Below, piece after piece: positions 7,595 to 17,754 of a stretch of DNA of 64,000 nt. The stretch comes from Bacteroidia bacterium (GTDB lineage: Bacteria > Bacteroidota > Bacteroidia > J057 > JADKCL01). Each line of letters starts with the position of its first letter. Positions within the stretch are counted from its first letter, which is position 1. The DNA lies in contig JAXLVK010000023.1 in assembly GCA_046329055.1 (NCBI GenBank), positions 2,219-66,218 of the forward strand, read 5' to 3'. The notes under the pieces were generated by a model. The model had not been told where the DNA came from. It did not search any database and saw only the letters and a program-made list of their open reading frames with translations. The translations under genes were made by a program, and so were the position numbers.

Positions 7595-10297
7595 TCAAAA
7601 CAAGGACATCTGGTCGTCGCCCTTGCCTTTTGGCTTCTTCTTGGACTTGGATTCTTCCTCCTCGTTCAGGCCTTCGTCGGCGTCGCGTGCATCGATGATC
7701 TCAAATGGGATGTCTCCGGAGCCTTCCTCCTCACCACCGGATTCACCATCCTCGCCGCCACCCTGCGCGGACTCGGAAGATGACTTGGCCTCCGGCTCAC
7801 GGAAGCTGAGCAGTTCGATCTTCTTGATTTTGTCGTCGGTGAGCTTGTTGCCCACGGCCTTCCAACCCTTCACGTCGATGAACTCTTCCAGGTTCAGCAC
7901 CAGGTCCTCCAAGGTCTTCTTGGTGAACTTGATCTCGACAATTGGCGCTTCCTTGGTCGTGGCGAAGAGCAGCTTGGCGCCCTCCGCGTCCGCGATGAAC
8001 ACGAACTTCTGGTCGATTGTGCTGGTCTCGATGCGGAAACGCTTCACGAAGACCCTTCCGGATTCCCCGTCCTGATGCACGGCCGTGACCACGGTCTCCG
8101 CGTCGAGTTTGCACATTTCCAGGATCTTGCCCCGGCCTTCCCAGCGGTTGGTCACGTCAAATGTCCGCAGCTCATAGTAACCCTCGGCGTAGAGCACCAG
8201 GATGCGATCGGCCCCCTTGAAGTTGCCGACGTAGGTGCCTTGGCCGTCGGTATTGAGGCGCTTGACGATGTCGTCGTAGTGGATGTTAATGCCGCCCAGG
8301 GTGGACACGCCCTTGCTCTTGAACTCGACCTTGTTGACTGGGAACTTGGAAACGAGGTAGCCCCCAGCGGCGCGGCCCTTGATGGAGTCGGCACCGAAAT
8401 CGTAGTCAAACTGCGATTTCACCAACTTGTTGTCGGTTTTGAGCTTGACGGAGACGGTCTCGCCCTCGCCGTTGGGCATCACCGAGAAGTAGTGGACCTT
8501 GCCGGGCTGCTCGCTCTTGGTGAGGAAGTACTCCTTGTCACGGGTGATCGCGTTGACATGGAAGCGCTTCGCGTATGTGCGGCTGTCCTTCTTGTCGGTA
8601 TAGATCATGTGGTAGGTCGTGCGCTCGTCGCTTTTCTTCCAAACCCCGACATGGATCATGCCTTTGCCCACAAATGCCTTGTCCGTGACCTTGATCACCT
8701 TCATCGCCCCGTTTTTCAGGAAGACAATGATGTCATCGAGGTCGGAGCAGTCGCTGATGAACTGCGCGGACTTGAGCGAAGTGCCCACACCCACAAAGCC
8801 CTCCTCGAAGTCGGCATAGAGCTTCTTGTTCGCAATGACGACTTGAGTGGCATTGATTTGGTCGAAGGTGCGGATTTCGGTGCGGCGCTCGCGGCCCTTG
8901 CCATACTTGTCCAGCAGGTGCTCGAAGTAGGCGATCGCGAAGTCCACGAGGTGGGCGAGGTCGTATTTGACCTGCTCCAAATCCTCCTCCAGCTTCTTGA
9001 TGGCCTCGTCGGCCTTGAAGCTGTCGTATTTGGAGATGCGCTTGATGCGGATTTCAGTCAGCTTCTCGATGTCATCGCGGGTCACCTCGCGGAACAAGAG
9101 GTGCTTGAACGGATCCAATCCCCGGTCAATCGCCGCGATCACGCCTTCCCAGGTCTCTTCTTCCTCGATGTCGCGGTAAATGCGGTTCTCGATGAAGATC
9201 TTTTCGAGGGATGACATGTGCCATTTGTCCTCCAGTTCGCCCTTCTTGATCTCGAGCTCCAGCCGCAGCAACTCCTTGGTATGGTCGGTGCTCATCTTGA
9301 GCAACTCGCGCACGTCCGTGAAGAGGGGCTTCTCATTCTCGATGATGCAGCAGTTGGGGGAGATGGGCGACTCGCATGCTGTGAAGGCATAGAGGGCATC
9401 GATCGTGAGGTTGGTGCGCGCGTCCGGTGGCAGGTGGATGAGGATGTTCACGTTCTTGGCCGTGATGTCCTCTACCTTGCGGATCTTGAGCTTGCCCTTT
9501 TCGTGGGCCTTGACGATGCTGTCGATGAGGGAGACGGTCGTCTGCCCGTAGGGGATCTCGGTGATGGCGAGGGTTTTCTTGTCGATCTCCTCGATTTTGG
9601 CGCGAACCCGCACCTTGCCACCGCGCTTGCCGTGGTTGTAGCCCTCGACGTCGATCATGCCACCCGTCGGGAAGTCGGGGTAGAGCTTGAAGGGACGGCC
9701 CTTGAGGTAGGCGATGCTTGCCTCCACGAGTTCACGGAAGTTGTGCGGCAGGATCTTGGTGCTCAAGCCCACTGCGATGCCCTCGACCCCGTGCGCGAGC
9801 ACAAGCGGGAACTTCATCGGCAGGGTGATGGGCTCGTTTTTGCGGCCGTCGTAACTGAGCTGCCAGTTTGTGGTCTTGGGGTTGAATGCGACCTCCAAGG
9901 CGAACTTGGTGAGGCGTGCCTCGATGTAACGGGGGGCCGCTGCGGAGTCACCCGTGTAGATATTGCCCCAGTTTCCCTGGGTCTCGACCATGAGGTCCTT
10001 TTGCCCCATGTTCACCAGCGCATCCCCGATGGCTTGGTCGCCGTGAGGGTGGTACTGCATGGTATAGCCAATGATATTGGCGACCTTGTGGAAACGCCCA
10101 TCGTCCAGCTCGTACATGCTGTGCAGGATGCGGCGCTGCACCGGCTTGAGTCCGTCCTCCAAATAGGGGACGGCACGGTCCAGAATCACATAACTGGCAT
10201 AATCAAGGAACCAATTCTGATACAATCCGGAGACGGGCAGCACCTCCTCCATGTCCCCGTCCATTGGTTCCAGGTCGTTGTGTTCAATGTCGCTCAT
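7595..10297 (-). CDS. parC: DNA topoisomerase IV subunit A (Bacteroidota-type ParC) with acidic/lysine-rich C-terminal tail
   Basis: YQNWFLDYASYVILDRAVPYLEDGLKPVQRRILHSM...VANIIGYTMQYHPHGDQAIGDALVNMGQ...AAPRYIEARLTKFA. The track start 10303 is GTG; the first ATG is at 10297. Confidence 0.9.
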   Translation of the reverse strand: MSDIEHNDLEPMDGDMEEVLPVSGLYQNWFLDYASYVILDRAVPYLEDGLKPVQRRILHSMYELDDGRFHKVANIIGYTMQYHPHGDQAIGDALVNMGQKDLMVETQGNWGNIYTGDSAAAPRYIEARLTKFALEVAFNPKTTNWQLSYDGRKNEPITLPMKFPLVLAHGVEGIAVGLSTKILPHNFRELVEASIAYLKGRPFKLYPDFPTGGMIDVEGYNHGKRGGKVRVRAKIEEIDKKTLAITEIPYGQTTVSLIDSIVKAHEKGKLKIRKVEDITAKNVNILIHLPPDARTNLTIDALYAFTACESPISPNCCIIENEKPLFTDVRELLKMSTDHTKELLRLELEIKKGELEDKWHMSSLEKIFIENRIYRDIEEEETWEGVIAAIDRGLDPFKHLLFREVTRDDIEKLTEIRIKRISKYDSFKADEAIKKLEEDLEQVKYDLAHLVDFAIAYFEHLLDKYGKGRERRTEIRTFDQINATQVVIANKKLYADFEEGFVGVGTSLKSAQFISDCSDLDDIIVFLKNGAMKVIKVTDKAFVGKGMIHVGVWKKSDERTTYHMIYTDKKDSRTYAKRFHVNAITRDKEYFLTKSEQPGKVHYFSVMPNGEGETVSVKLKTDNKLVKSQFDYDFGADSIKGRAAGGYLVSKFPVNKVEFKSKGVSTLGGINIHYDDIVKRLNTDGQGTYVGNFKGADRILVLYAEGYYELRTFDVTNRWEGRGKILEMCKLDAETVVTAVHQDGESGRVFVKRFRIETSTIDQKFVFIADAEGAKLLFATTKEAPIVEIKFTKKTLEDLVLNLEEFIDVKGWKAVGNKLTDDKIKKIELLSFREPEAKSSSESAQGGGEDGESGGEEEGSGDIPFEIIDARDADEGLNEEEESKSKKKPKGKGDDQMSLF

Positions 10298-10320
10298 GTT
10301 CACGCGCGCAAAATGGAGGG

Positions 10321-10328
10321 CAAATCTA
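10321..10328 (-). promoter_or_regulatory. Candidate -7 promoter box (TAGATTTG) upstream of parC
   Basis: The minus strand matches TAnnTTTG 23 nt upstream of ATG 10297. Confidence 0.35.
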
Positions 10329-10427
10329 ACCCTCGCACCCTTGCCAGGAAAGGCAATCTATCAACACTCTACCTGTGAATGATTGGGAAATGAGCAAAAA
10401 TCGGACAAATTTAGGAGTGCCTCCTCC

Positions 10428-11264
10428 TCAATTCCGCCGCGGTAGGCAGACGACCGGCATCCGGCCCTTGGTCACGACCTCCTCGACGATGCTCCCCAGT
10501 GTGAGCTGCCCGAGGTCCGCGAAGTTGTGGTGCTCCAATAAGACGAGGTCGAAGATGCCCACATCAAGCCGCAATTGATCCATCATGGCTCCGTAAGGGT
10601 CTTGGTCCCGGACAATGTCCACTTGGAAGTTCTCAATTCCATGGCCGCGCAGTTGCTCGACGAGGAACTCCGTTGCAGTCCGCACAGCCGTCTCGTCCTC
10701 CTCGGGTGCCATCGCCGTGATGATCAACGCTGACTTCGCAAGGGGATGGTCCAGTGACTCCATAAAGTCCAGCAATCCGCCTACCCCAAACTTCCGGTCC
10801 ATTGGAATCAGGACCTCGCGGATTTCCTGCACCGTGGGCGCGGACTCCACCACGACCAGGGGCACCTCGGCGGCCTTGATCAGGTGCAAGGTGTTCTCGC
10901 CAATGAAGATGTCCTCCAAAATGCGGCCCTCGCGCAGTCCCACGAACAGCGCCTGCGCCTCATGGTCATGCACGGATTCCATCAGTTGACGGGTGACGTC
11001 GCCTTTGCGGAGCTCGAATTCGGCCATGATGCCCCGCTCGCGGATGGGGCTGAGGACGAGGTCCATCGCCGCCTCCAGATCCTCTTCGATCGTATCAAGG
11101 TCCACATTGAGATGCCCCGGATAGTTGAAGGACTTCTCCACCACATGGACAGCCAAAATCCGGCCTTTGTATTCAGTGGCGAACCTTGCGGCCATCTCCA
11201 ATGCGTTGATGGAAGGGGACCAGAAGTCGATCGCGACCAAGAAGAGGTTGTCAGAAGATTGCAT
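10428..11264 (-). CDS. Universal stress protein, tandem UspA domains
   Basis: 278 aa with two Usp-like halves (LVAIDFWSPSINALEMAARFA...ILAVHVVE; ...VPLVVVE... and ...GSIVEEVVTKGRMPVVCLP). Confidence 0.8.
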   Translation of the reverse strand: MQSSDNLFLVAIDFWSPSINALEMAARFATEYKGRILAVHVVEKSFNYPGHLNVDLDTIEEDLEAAMDLVLSPIRERGIMAEFELRKGDVTRQLMESVHDHEAQALFVGLREGRILEDIFIGENTLHLIKAAEVPLVVVESAPTVQEIREVLIPMDRKFGVGGLLDFMESLDHPLAKSALIITAMAPEEDETAVRTATEFLVEQLRGHGIENFQVDIVRDQDPYGAMMDQLRLDVGIFDLVLLEHHNFADLGQLTLGSIVEEVVTKGRMPVVCLPRRN

Positions 11265-11367
11265 TCGCGAAAATGTCCGGCGATTGGGCCAGCCTACTGC
11301 ACAAAGATCGAATTTTCAGCCAATCCTCCGCCATGATGACGAGATTCATGCAGGTCGCGGGAATAAG

Positions 11368-12159
11368 TCATTCCTCCGGCTGAGCGAACCGGGTTGCAAT
11401 CATTTGGGAGAGTTCCCGGTACAGCCGCTCCAGCCGCTCGTCGCGTTCGTGGAGGATGTCGAGATGCTTGTCCATGGTGAGGTCATCCCCCCGCCTCGCC
11501 GGTCCAGTCTGTGCCGCAAATGGGCCATGCCGCAGGGCTTTTTCCATGCATTCCCGGATCAATGGCGCATACACGTCCAGTCCGGAGGTGCCTGCTCCCC
11601 GCACGATGTCCTCCGCGATGAGCCACATGTAATTGGAGAAGTTGCTGGCGAAGACGGCCCCGAGGTGGAGTTGCAGGCGCTGCTGCGAGTCCATGACCTC
11701 CACGCGGCTGCTAAGGTGGTCCGCCAGCGGACGCAGGCGCTCAAGCACGGCATCGGCCCCCTCCAGAAAGATCGGCACGGTGCGGAAATCGGTCGCGAGG
11801 CCCCGAGTGAAGGTCTGCAAGGGGTAAAACACCCCAATATTTTCCCCGAACGGCGCCAATTCGCTCATCGCCACCGAGCCTGCGGTATGCGCGACCACGA
11901 TCCCGTGGCCGAGGTGCGGTGCATACACCCGTGCGATCTCCCCGATGCCATGATCCGTGCTCGCGACGATCACCAGGTCGAGGTCCTTGCGCAAGTTGGA
12001 GGGACCCATGCCCACGGCGATGTTTGGGAAATCCCGTGCGATCCGTCCTGCGGAGTCGAGGTGCCGCGAAAAGACCTGCACGATCTCGAACTCGGAGCCT
12101 TTCAGGGCCGATGCCAAGTTCCAGGCGAGATTGCCTGCGCCGATAAGGGCGATCTTCAT
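11368..12159 (-). CDS. Rossmann-like / DUF2520 domain protein (ProC-like fold)
   Basis: Start moved to ATG 12159 (MKIALIGAGNLAWNLASAL). The C-terminal motif PARRGDDLTMDKHLDIL is typical of DUF2520. The start lies 1 nt after the ccmF stop (12161-12163), so the genes are probably co-transcribed. Confidence 0.7.
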   Translation of the reverse strand: MKIALIGAGNLAWNLASALKGSEFEIVQVFSRHLDSAGRIARDFPNIAVGMGPSNLRKDLDLVIVASTDHGIGEIARVYAPHLGHGIVVAHTAGSVAMSELAPFGENIGVFYPLQTFTRGLATDFRTVPIFLEGADAVLERLRPLADHLSSRVEVMDSQQRLQLHLGAVFASNFSNYMWLIAEDIVRGAGTSGLDVYAPLIRECMEKALRHGPFAAQTGPARRGDDLTMDKHLDILHERDERLERLYRELSQMIATRFAQPEE

Positions 12160-12160
12160 C

Positions 12161-15100
12161 TCAGGACTCTTTGTGTTCGGGGAAAGTGGGGTCCTCCGGG
12201 GCCAGGGCCTTGCCGGTGCGGTTCTCGCGGATGCGCCGCCACATCGCCATCCCAAAGCCAATCGTCAGCACAAATGTGCCCAGCCACAGGAGGTTGATCC
12301 AGGGCTTTTGGATGGCTTGGATCACCACGATGTCATCCGGTGGATTCAGCTGCTCCTGCACTTGGATGTTCACTTTGCCGATTTCCGTGTTCACCCCCGT
12401 GAATGCCACCGAGGTGTAGAGGTCGTCGAGGTAGTGGTCCTTGATGGAGACGCGATTTTCCTTGTCGATGCGGTAGATCGGCGTCGCCTCCACCACCTTG
12501 CCCAGGTCCGTCAGGATGCGGATGTGCGCCTTGGCGATCAACTCGTATTCCGTGCCTTCGATCGGATCGGAAGTGATGCGGTCGAAGACCATCTTGGCGC
12601 GGGCCGTCTGCACGGTGTCGCCCACAGCCATCTGGAAATTGTAAAACTCAAACTTGGGCTCCTCGTCCTCCTTGACCACTGTGGAGACGTGGACATAGAC
12701 GTCGCGGTCGAGGTAAATCTTGCGGGAGGGGTGGGCGAGCAGGCCCATTGAAGGATTGACTTCGGCCTCGGGATAGACCACAAACGCATTGTCTTCCCAG
12801 AGCAGGTCCTTTTGGGTCACTGGGTCGCGGCGGCGAGGCACGAATCGCAGGCCATAGAGCGTGCGGCCATTGATATGCTCAGGCTTGAGGAACTTGAGCT
12901 TGTCGTTCATGAAGGCCTCAACAGCAGGCAGGTTGATGGCACCTGTGGGGGAGGTGAAAACATCCTTGGGCAGGACAAATGCGAAAACATCGCCCGTGGC
13001 GTCGCGGAACTTCAGTTTGAAGCTTGCTTCCTCCTCTTGGATCACGCTCAGGTCGGAAATGGGCGCAATGGCCTCCTTCTTGCCCACGTAGGTGACTTGG
13101 AAATCCTTGATGTTCCGGGCGAGGCCCTTTTGGAGGAGGACATTGTCGTTGCGGGATTCGGCACTGAGGGAGGCGAGCTCGTTGGGATTGGTGTTCAGGG
13201 TGAGCACCTGATCGTAGCCGCTGCTGAAGAAGATGCCCAGGAGCATGAGCGCGAAGCCGATGTGGGCAATGGAGCCACCCGTGACACGCCATCTGCCGCC
13301 GCCCTTGGCAAGCAGGCCGATGAGGATGTCCAAGTTGGCGAGCACCATGAACAGGGCCGAAAACAGCAGGATTTCGTCCGCGAAGATGAAGGTCGCCCAA
13401 GCGATGTACCGCATGGCCGAGGTGATGAAATTCGTCTCCGCATCCGCCTGCTCCTTCCAGACCGCGAGTTGGTCATCGAGGGAGAACTGCCAGTCGGTGC
13501 CGAGGGCGATCGCGAACAAAATCACAATCGCCAAGCCGATGGCGGTGATGTAGGGGCGGAGCAGGGAGTTCCATTTGTCCTTTTTGCGGACCTTGCTCCA
13601 GAACATGAACTGCCCGATCCCCGAAAGGATGGCCAATGCGACAGCGCAGTACACCGTCCAGCGGTAGTAGAAAAAGCCCACATGCGCCGGAGGGGCCCAG
13701 TTTGTCCCGAGGATCTTGTTCAGCACCGGGACCGAGGTGAAGTTGGTGATCACAACCCCAGCCGTCACCAATGCGGAGACACCCAGGAAGATCACAAACT
13801 CGGCGGACTTGAATTGAATGCCTTTGGAACTTTTGGGGAGTTCCTTGGAGCGGGCGGTGAGGATGGCAGTGATGTCAAACACGAACGCGAACAGCAGCAC
13901 CAGCAACTGCCCGCTCAGGCCGAGGTCGGTGAAGGTATGGACGGACGTGTCGCCCAGGATGCCGCTTCGGGTGAGGAAGGTGCTGTAGAGCACCATCAGG
14001 AACACAGACACGACCAGCACCAATGTCAGGCCGAGGAAGGCCTTGTTTTTGCGGTAGGCGATCACGGCATGCAGCGCGGCGACCCCAAAAATCCACGGCA
14101 CGAAGCTGGAATTTTCCACCGGGTCCCAGTTCCAGTAGCCGCCGAAGTTCAGCGTCTCGTAGGCCCAATACCCGCCCATGATGATGCCCACGCCCAGGAT
14201 CGCCACCGAGAAGATCATCCAAGCCGATGCTGGGCGAATCCATTCACTGAATTTGCCCTGCATCACTCCTCCGATCACAAATGCGAAGGGATGGTCGTGG
14301 ACGCAAATCCGAGGAATAGAGTTGGAGGGTGGATCACCATCCAGTAATTCTGCAACAGGGAGTTGAGGCCCTTGCCGTTGACAGGAGCGAAGTCTGGACC
14401 AGAAGCAAAAATCGGGGCATCCGGGAAGGCGTCTTTCAGCGAAATGAACGGCGACGAACCGATTTTCCATACCCCAAAGTCAGCGACGCAGACCACCAGA
14501 GACATGGTAGTGAGCAGGAACAGCGACAGCAACTCCTTGCGATCCCCTGATCGGGCCTCCTTCTGTACGATATGCCGTACCACCAGAATCATCACGGCCA
14601 CGATCGCAAGTATCACCAGCAGGTACATGGCCTTGAAGCCCAGGGCCCCTTCCTTCATCAGGTTGCTGAATCCGTCTGCGGCGAAGCCTGCCTTGCCACT
14701 GAAGGCGACATAGAGCGTGAACATTCCCAATGCCACGCGACCATGGGCAGGATGCCATTGGTGCGGAGGGTGTCCTGCTCACGTTTGTAAATCCGCCAAG
14801 CGAGATAACCCATAGGGGCCAGGACGGCGAGGCTGAAAAGCGCGATCCCTACTGCCGTGGGGATGTAAACCCCCAGGATCATTGAAGCCAAGATCAGGTT
14901 CACGCCAGCGACCACCGAGAGCACGATGTCCCGCCATTTGCCAGCTGTGAAATAGAGGATAGACCCCAAAACCGCATGCCAGAATCCCCAGAGCAGGAAG
15001 CTGCCTTCCTGTCCCTCCCAGAAGCAGGAGAGCATGTATTCGAGCGGGAGTTCGTTGGAGCTATGGCTCCAGACGTAGTGGTAGCGGTAGTCGTGGGTAT

Positions 15101-15296
15101 AGATCAGGAAAAACAGCGTGCCTACCACCCCGAAGATTCCTGCGACATGCAGGAACCATGACGAGGTGCCGATCCAGCGCCAGTATTTTCGGCCCACGGC
15201 GTCCTCCTTGGAGGCCATGTAGAAGGAAATGGCAGCCTGCAATGCCCCTGCAAAGGACAGCGTCGCGAAAATGGTGCCGATGGTGCCGCCGATCAT
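12161..15296 (-). pseudogene. ccmF: Cytochrome c-type biogenesis protein CcmF (heme lyase), unreadable in one frame because of two frameshifts
   Basis: Three overlapping track ORFs (14658..15296, 14275..14736, 12161..14470) together give one CcmF-like protein. Recognisable blocks include CFWEGQEGSFLLWGFW, VIHPPTLFLGFASTTIP|FAFVIGG and GGYWAYETLNFGGYWNWDPVENSSF. Frame changes lie at about 14737-14775 and at the GGG run 14288-14290. Confidence 0.75.
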
Positions 15297-15332
15297 GCCG
15301 GACGACGGTCAATGGAAGGGAATGCCTGCATT

Positions 15333-15746
15333 CTATCTGAGGGAGGCCGTTTCAACCTCCGTTGGCATCTTGTCATTGTATTTGGAGGGGCACTTCATGA
15401 GGATCTTGTCCGCTACAAATGCATTGCCTTCGTATTTGCCTTGCACGGTGATGCGGTCGGCGCTTTTGAAGTTGGCGGGCATGGGGTCGTAGTAGTTCAC
15501 GAGGGAGGTGCCGCCCGTGGTGTCCTGCATGTAGAAAGTGAACAGGTCTTGGCCATTGTCGTACTTGGCACGGTCCTGCATGACCCATTTGCCAGCGATA
15601 TGCACGACCTCGCCGGACTTTTGCGCCTCGGCAAAGGATGCGTACTTGGTCACACTCGCACTGCTGCCCAGGGTAGAGAAGAGGATCACTCCCACCATCG
15701 CGACAGCCGCGATCCCGATAAGCAAGCCGATGTTAATGCTTTTCAT
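15333..15746 (-). CDS. ccmE: Cytochrome c maturation heme chaperone CcmE, CxxxY variant
   Basis: N-terminal TM anchor, an OB-fold-like body (VVHIAGKWV...ITVQGKY), and C-terminal KILMKCPSKYNDKMP where canonical CcmE has K-H-D-E-N-Y. Confidence 0.8.
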   Translation of the reverse strand: MKSINIGLLIGIAAVAMVGVILFSTLGSSASVTKYASFAEAQKSGEVVHIAGKWVMQDRAKYDNGQDLFTFYMQDTTGGTSLVNYYDPMPANFKSADRITVQGKYEGNAFVADKILMKCPSKYNDKMPTEVETASLR

Positions 15747-15791
15747 AACGCTTTATGTTGAGGAAATGGACACTCGGCCACTCCTATAGTA

Positions 15792-16370
15792 TCAACTCTT
15801 GGACCGCTCGCGTTGTTGGTATTCCACCACACGTTTTTCTAGTGCGCGGAGCCTGCGACCAGTCAGCAGCAAATATACGACGATTCCCAGCCATACAATG
15901 ACCATGATAGCGATCACGGTATTGGCTTTCTCCCCTGCAAAGAGCCATTTCCGCACCTGCGGAACGTTGGGGAGCTGGGACTTGAGCAGGAGCCGCCATC
16001 CGCCTGCATCCTTGATGGAGAGCCGGACGAAGTTGCTGCCCTGCGCGATGTCGAAGTTGTCGAAGACGTACTTGGGGTCGGTGACCTGCCCCATGCCGAT
16101 GTCGATGGCAGCGACGCCTGCCGGATCGGTCTGGACTGCGTGGGTCTCGGCGTACTGCGTCTCCCCGTCCATGGTGCCCGTGGTGAGTTCCACTCGGAGT
16201 TCGACCTTTGCGGCTGCCATGGGGCGACCGAGGCTGTCATTGACCTGTGTGGCGAGGTTGGTCGCGGTGGCCGAGAGCGGGAGCAGGATGCCCAAGCCTA
16301 GCAAGAAAGCGAAAGCGCGCAGGCTAGAGGCCAAGGTCTTCCGTCCGGTGTATGTCGATGCTTCAAGCAT
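15792..16370 (-). CDS. CcmD-like membrane protein with an extra N-terminal secreted domain of about 130 aa
   Basis: The C-terminal TM plus basic tail (ANTVIAIMVIVWLGIVVYLLLTGRRLRALEKRV) resembles Bacteroidota CcmD-family proteins, and the gene sits between ccmC and ccmE. The track start 16388 is TTG; the first ATG is 16370, an 8-nt overlap with the ccmC stop. Confidence 0.55.
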   Translation of the reverse strand: MLEASTYTGRKTLASSLRAFAFLLGLGILLPLSATATNLATQVNDSLGRPMAAAKVELRVELTTGTMDGETQYAETHAVQTDPAGVAAIDIGMGQVTDPKYVFDNFDIAQGSNFVRLSIKDAGGWRLLLKSQLPNVPQVRKWLFAGEKANTVIAIMVIVWLGIVVYLLLTGRRLRALEKRVVEYQQRERSKS

Positions 16371-17085
16371 TGTCTTCCAAGGTTTCAATGGCCATGAGGG
16401 ACTTGCGGTAACGGACCCGGATGTCGAGGATCCATATCGCTAGGAGCATGCTGCCCAGGACCGCGATCCAGAAAATGCCCGATTGGGAGGAGCTGAGCCC
16501 CTTGAGGGCGGTGGGATCGGAGCCGGTATTGGGATGCTGCCCGCCCATGGCTTTGGGGATGGCATAGAACAAGGGGTAGATCGCCGCCGCTGCGAAGATG
16601 TTGTACACCCCGGCGATCTTGGCGCGTTGACCGGGATCATCGAAGGAGCGGCGCAGCACCATGTAGCCCGCGTAAATCAGCACGCAGATCATGGCGCTCG
16701 TTTGCTTGGGGTCCCAAGGCCACCAAGCTTGGGGGTCCAGGTCGGACTTGCCGTCGCCCCAAGTCACCCGCGACCAAACGATGCCCGTCGCCAGACCTAG
16801 CAGCCCAAAGAGCAACATAAGCCGGGCGGATTCGTGGGCGAGGATGTCCCATTTCAGGTCTTGCTTCCGCAGGTAGAGGATGCTGTACACCACCGAGGCA
16901 TAACCCATCAACATGCCTGCGAACCATAGCGGAACGTGGTAGAAGAGGTTGCGGGCGGTTTGGCCATTGATCGGGTTCTGGTAGGGCACCTTGGCGCTGA
17001 GTCCGGCGTAGATGGCATACATGATGCAAGCGAGGGCGGTGATTCCCAGCAACATCCTTGCAACCGATTTTGCACTCCAATCCAT
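16363..17085 (-). CDS. ccmC: Heme exporter protein CcmC
   Basis: 240 aa, six TM helices, with the Trp-rich WWD-type motif WGDGKSDLDPQAWWPWDPKQTSAM. Confidence 0.85.
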   Translation of the reverse strand: MDWSAKSVARMLLGITALACIMYAIYAGLSAKVPYQNPINGQTARNLFYHVPLWFAGMLMGYASVVYSILYLRKQDLKWDILAHESARLMLLFGLLGLATGIVWSRVTWGDGKSDLDPQAWWPWDPKQTSAMICVLIYAGYMVLRRSFDDPGQRAKIAGVYNIFAAAAIYPLFYAIPKAMGGQHPNTGSDPTALKGLSSSQSGIFWIAVLGSMLLAIWILDIRVRYRKSLMAIETLEDNA

Positions 17086-17088
17086 CGA

Positions 17089-17754
17089 TCAATCCCTCCA
17101 AATAAACGGGAACAAAATAACAGACACGCTGGCGATTATCACAACAAAGGTGGCCGAAAAGATGATTTCACTCATGCTTTCGCCGATGGGCAGGCCCTGG
17201 ATCGCCTTGCTAGATGCATTGATGCCCACGAGCATCTCTGGCACGAGCACTGGGAAGCTCAGGACAGCAAGGAGGGTCGCTTGGTTCTGCGCCTTGGACG
17301 CGATGGCCGAGACCAGGGTGAGGTTGGCAGCGAAAGCCAGGCAGCCAATGGTCACGATGAGGCCATACTGCAATGGATCGACGATTTTGCCCGAGCCGCT
17401 CAGGAGCAGGAAGAAGACCATCGTCAACATGCCGATGCCGCCCAGCAGGATGCAGTTGTAAAGGATTTTGGCGACGATGATGGCCCGCGCCCCGACCAGG
17501 TTGTAGAGGTAGAGCAATTGCCCGGGGCGCTCACCGATGAAGCTCTTGGCAACGGCATTCACCGAGACGAAGAGCAAGATCACCCAAAAGATGACGTTCC
17601 AGGCTTGCGGGGGCAGGTTGCGTTGCAGACCGATGCTCACCACGAAAACCATGCTCAAGGCATAGAGCAACATGCCGTTGAGGGCGTATTTCTGCTTCCA
17701 TTCCAGCAGCGCCTCCTTCTTGATCAAGGCAATGGTTTCCCTTACAAAACTCAT
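17089..17754 (-). CDS. ccmB: Heme exporter protein CcmB
   Basis: Start moved to ATG 17754 (MSFVRETIALIKKEALLEWKQKYAL...). A polytopic protein of about 221 aa directly upstream of ccmC. Confidence 0.75.
   Translation of the reverse strand: MSFVRETIALIKKEALLEWKQKYALNGMLLYALSMVFVVSIGLQRNLPPQAWNVIFWVILLFVSVNAVAKSFIGERPGQLLYLYNLVGARAIIVAKILYNCILLGGIGMLTMVFFLLLSGSGKIVDPLQYGLIVTIGCLAFAANLTLVSAIASKAQNQATLLAVLSFPVLVPEMLVGINASSKAIQGLPIGESMSEIIFSATFVVIIASVSVILFPFIWRD

Noticed and set aside
8075-10378. Long plus-strand ORFs (379 and 386 aa) opposite parC.
   Set aside because: Their composition (V/L/D/G/H-rich, no motifs) is typical of antisense frames of high-GC genes. parC on the minus strand is unambiguous.
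12812-14347. 511-aa plus-strand ORF opposite ccmF.
   Set aside because: It is an antisense artefact: charged and low-complexity, while the minus strand carries clear CcmF motifs.
12161-15296. Programmed ribosomal frameshifting as the explanation for the ccmF frame changes.
   Set aside because: It would require two independent shifts with no slippery heptamer or downstream structure evident, and one site is a simple CCC/GGG run. An indel (mutation or error) is the simpler explanation.
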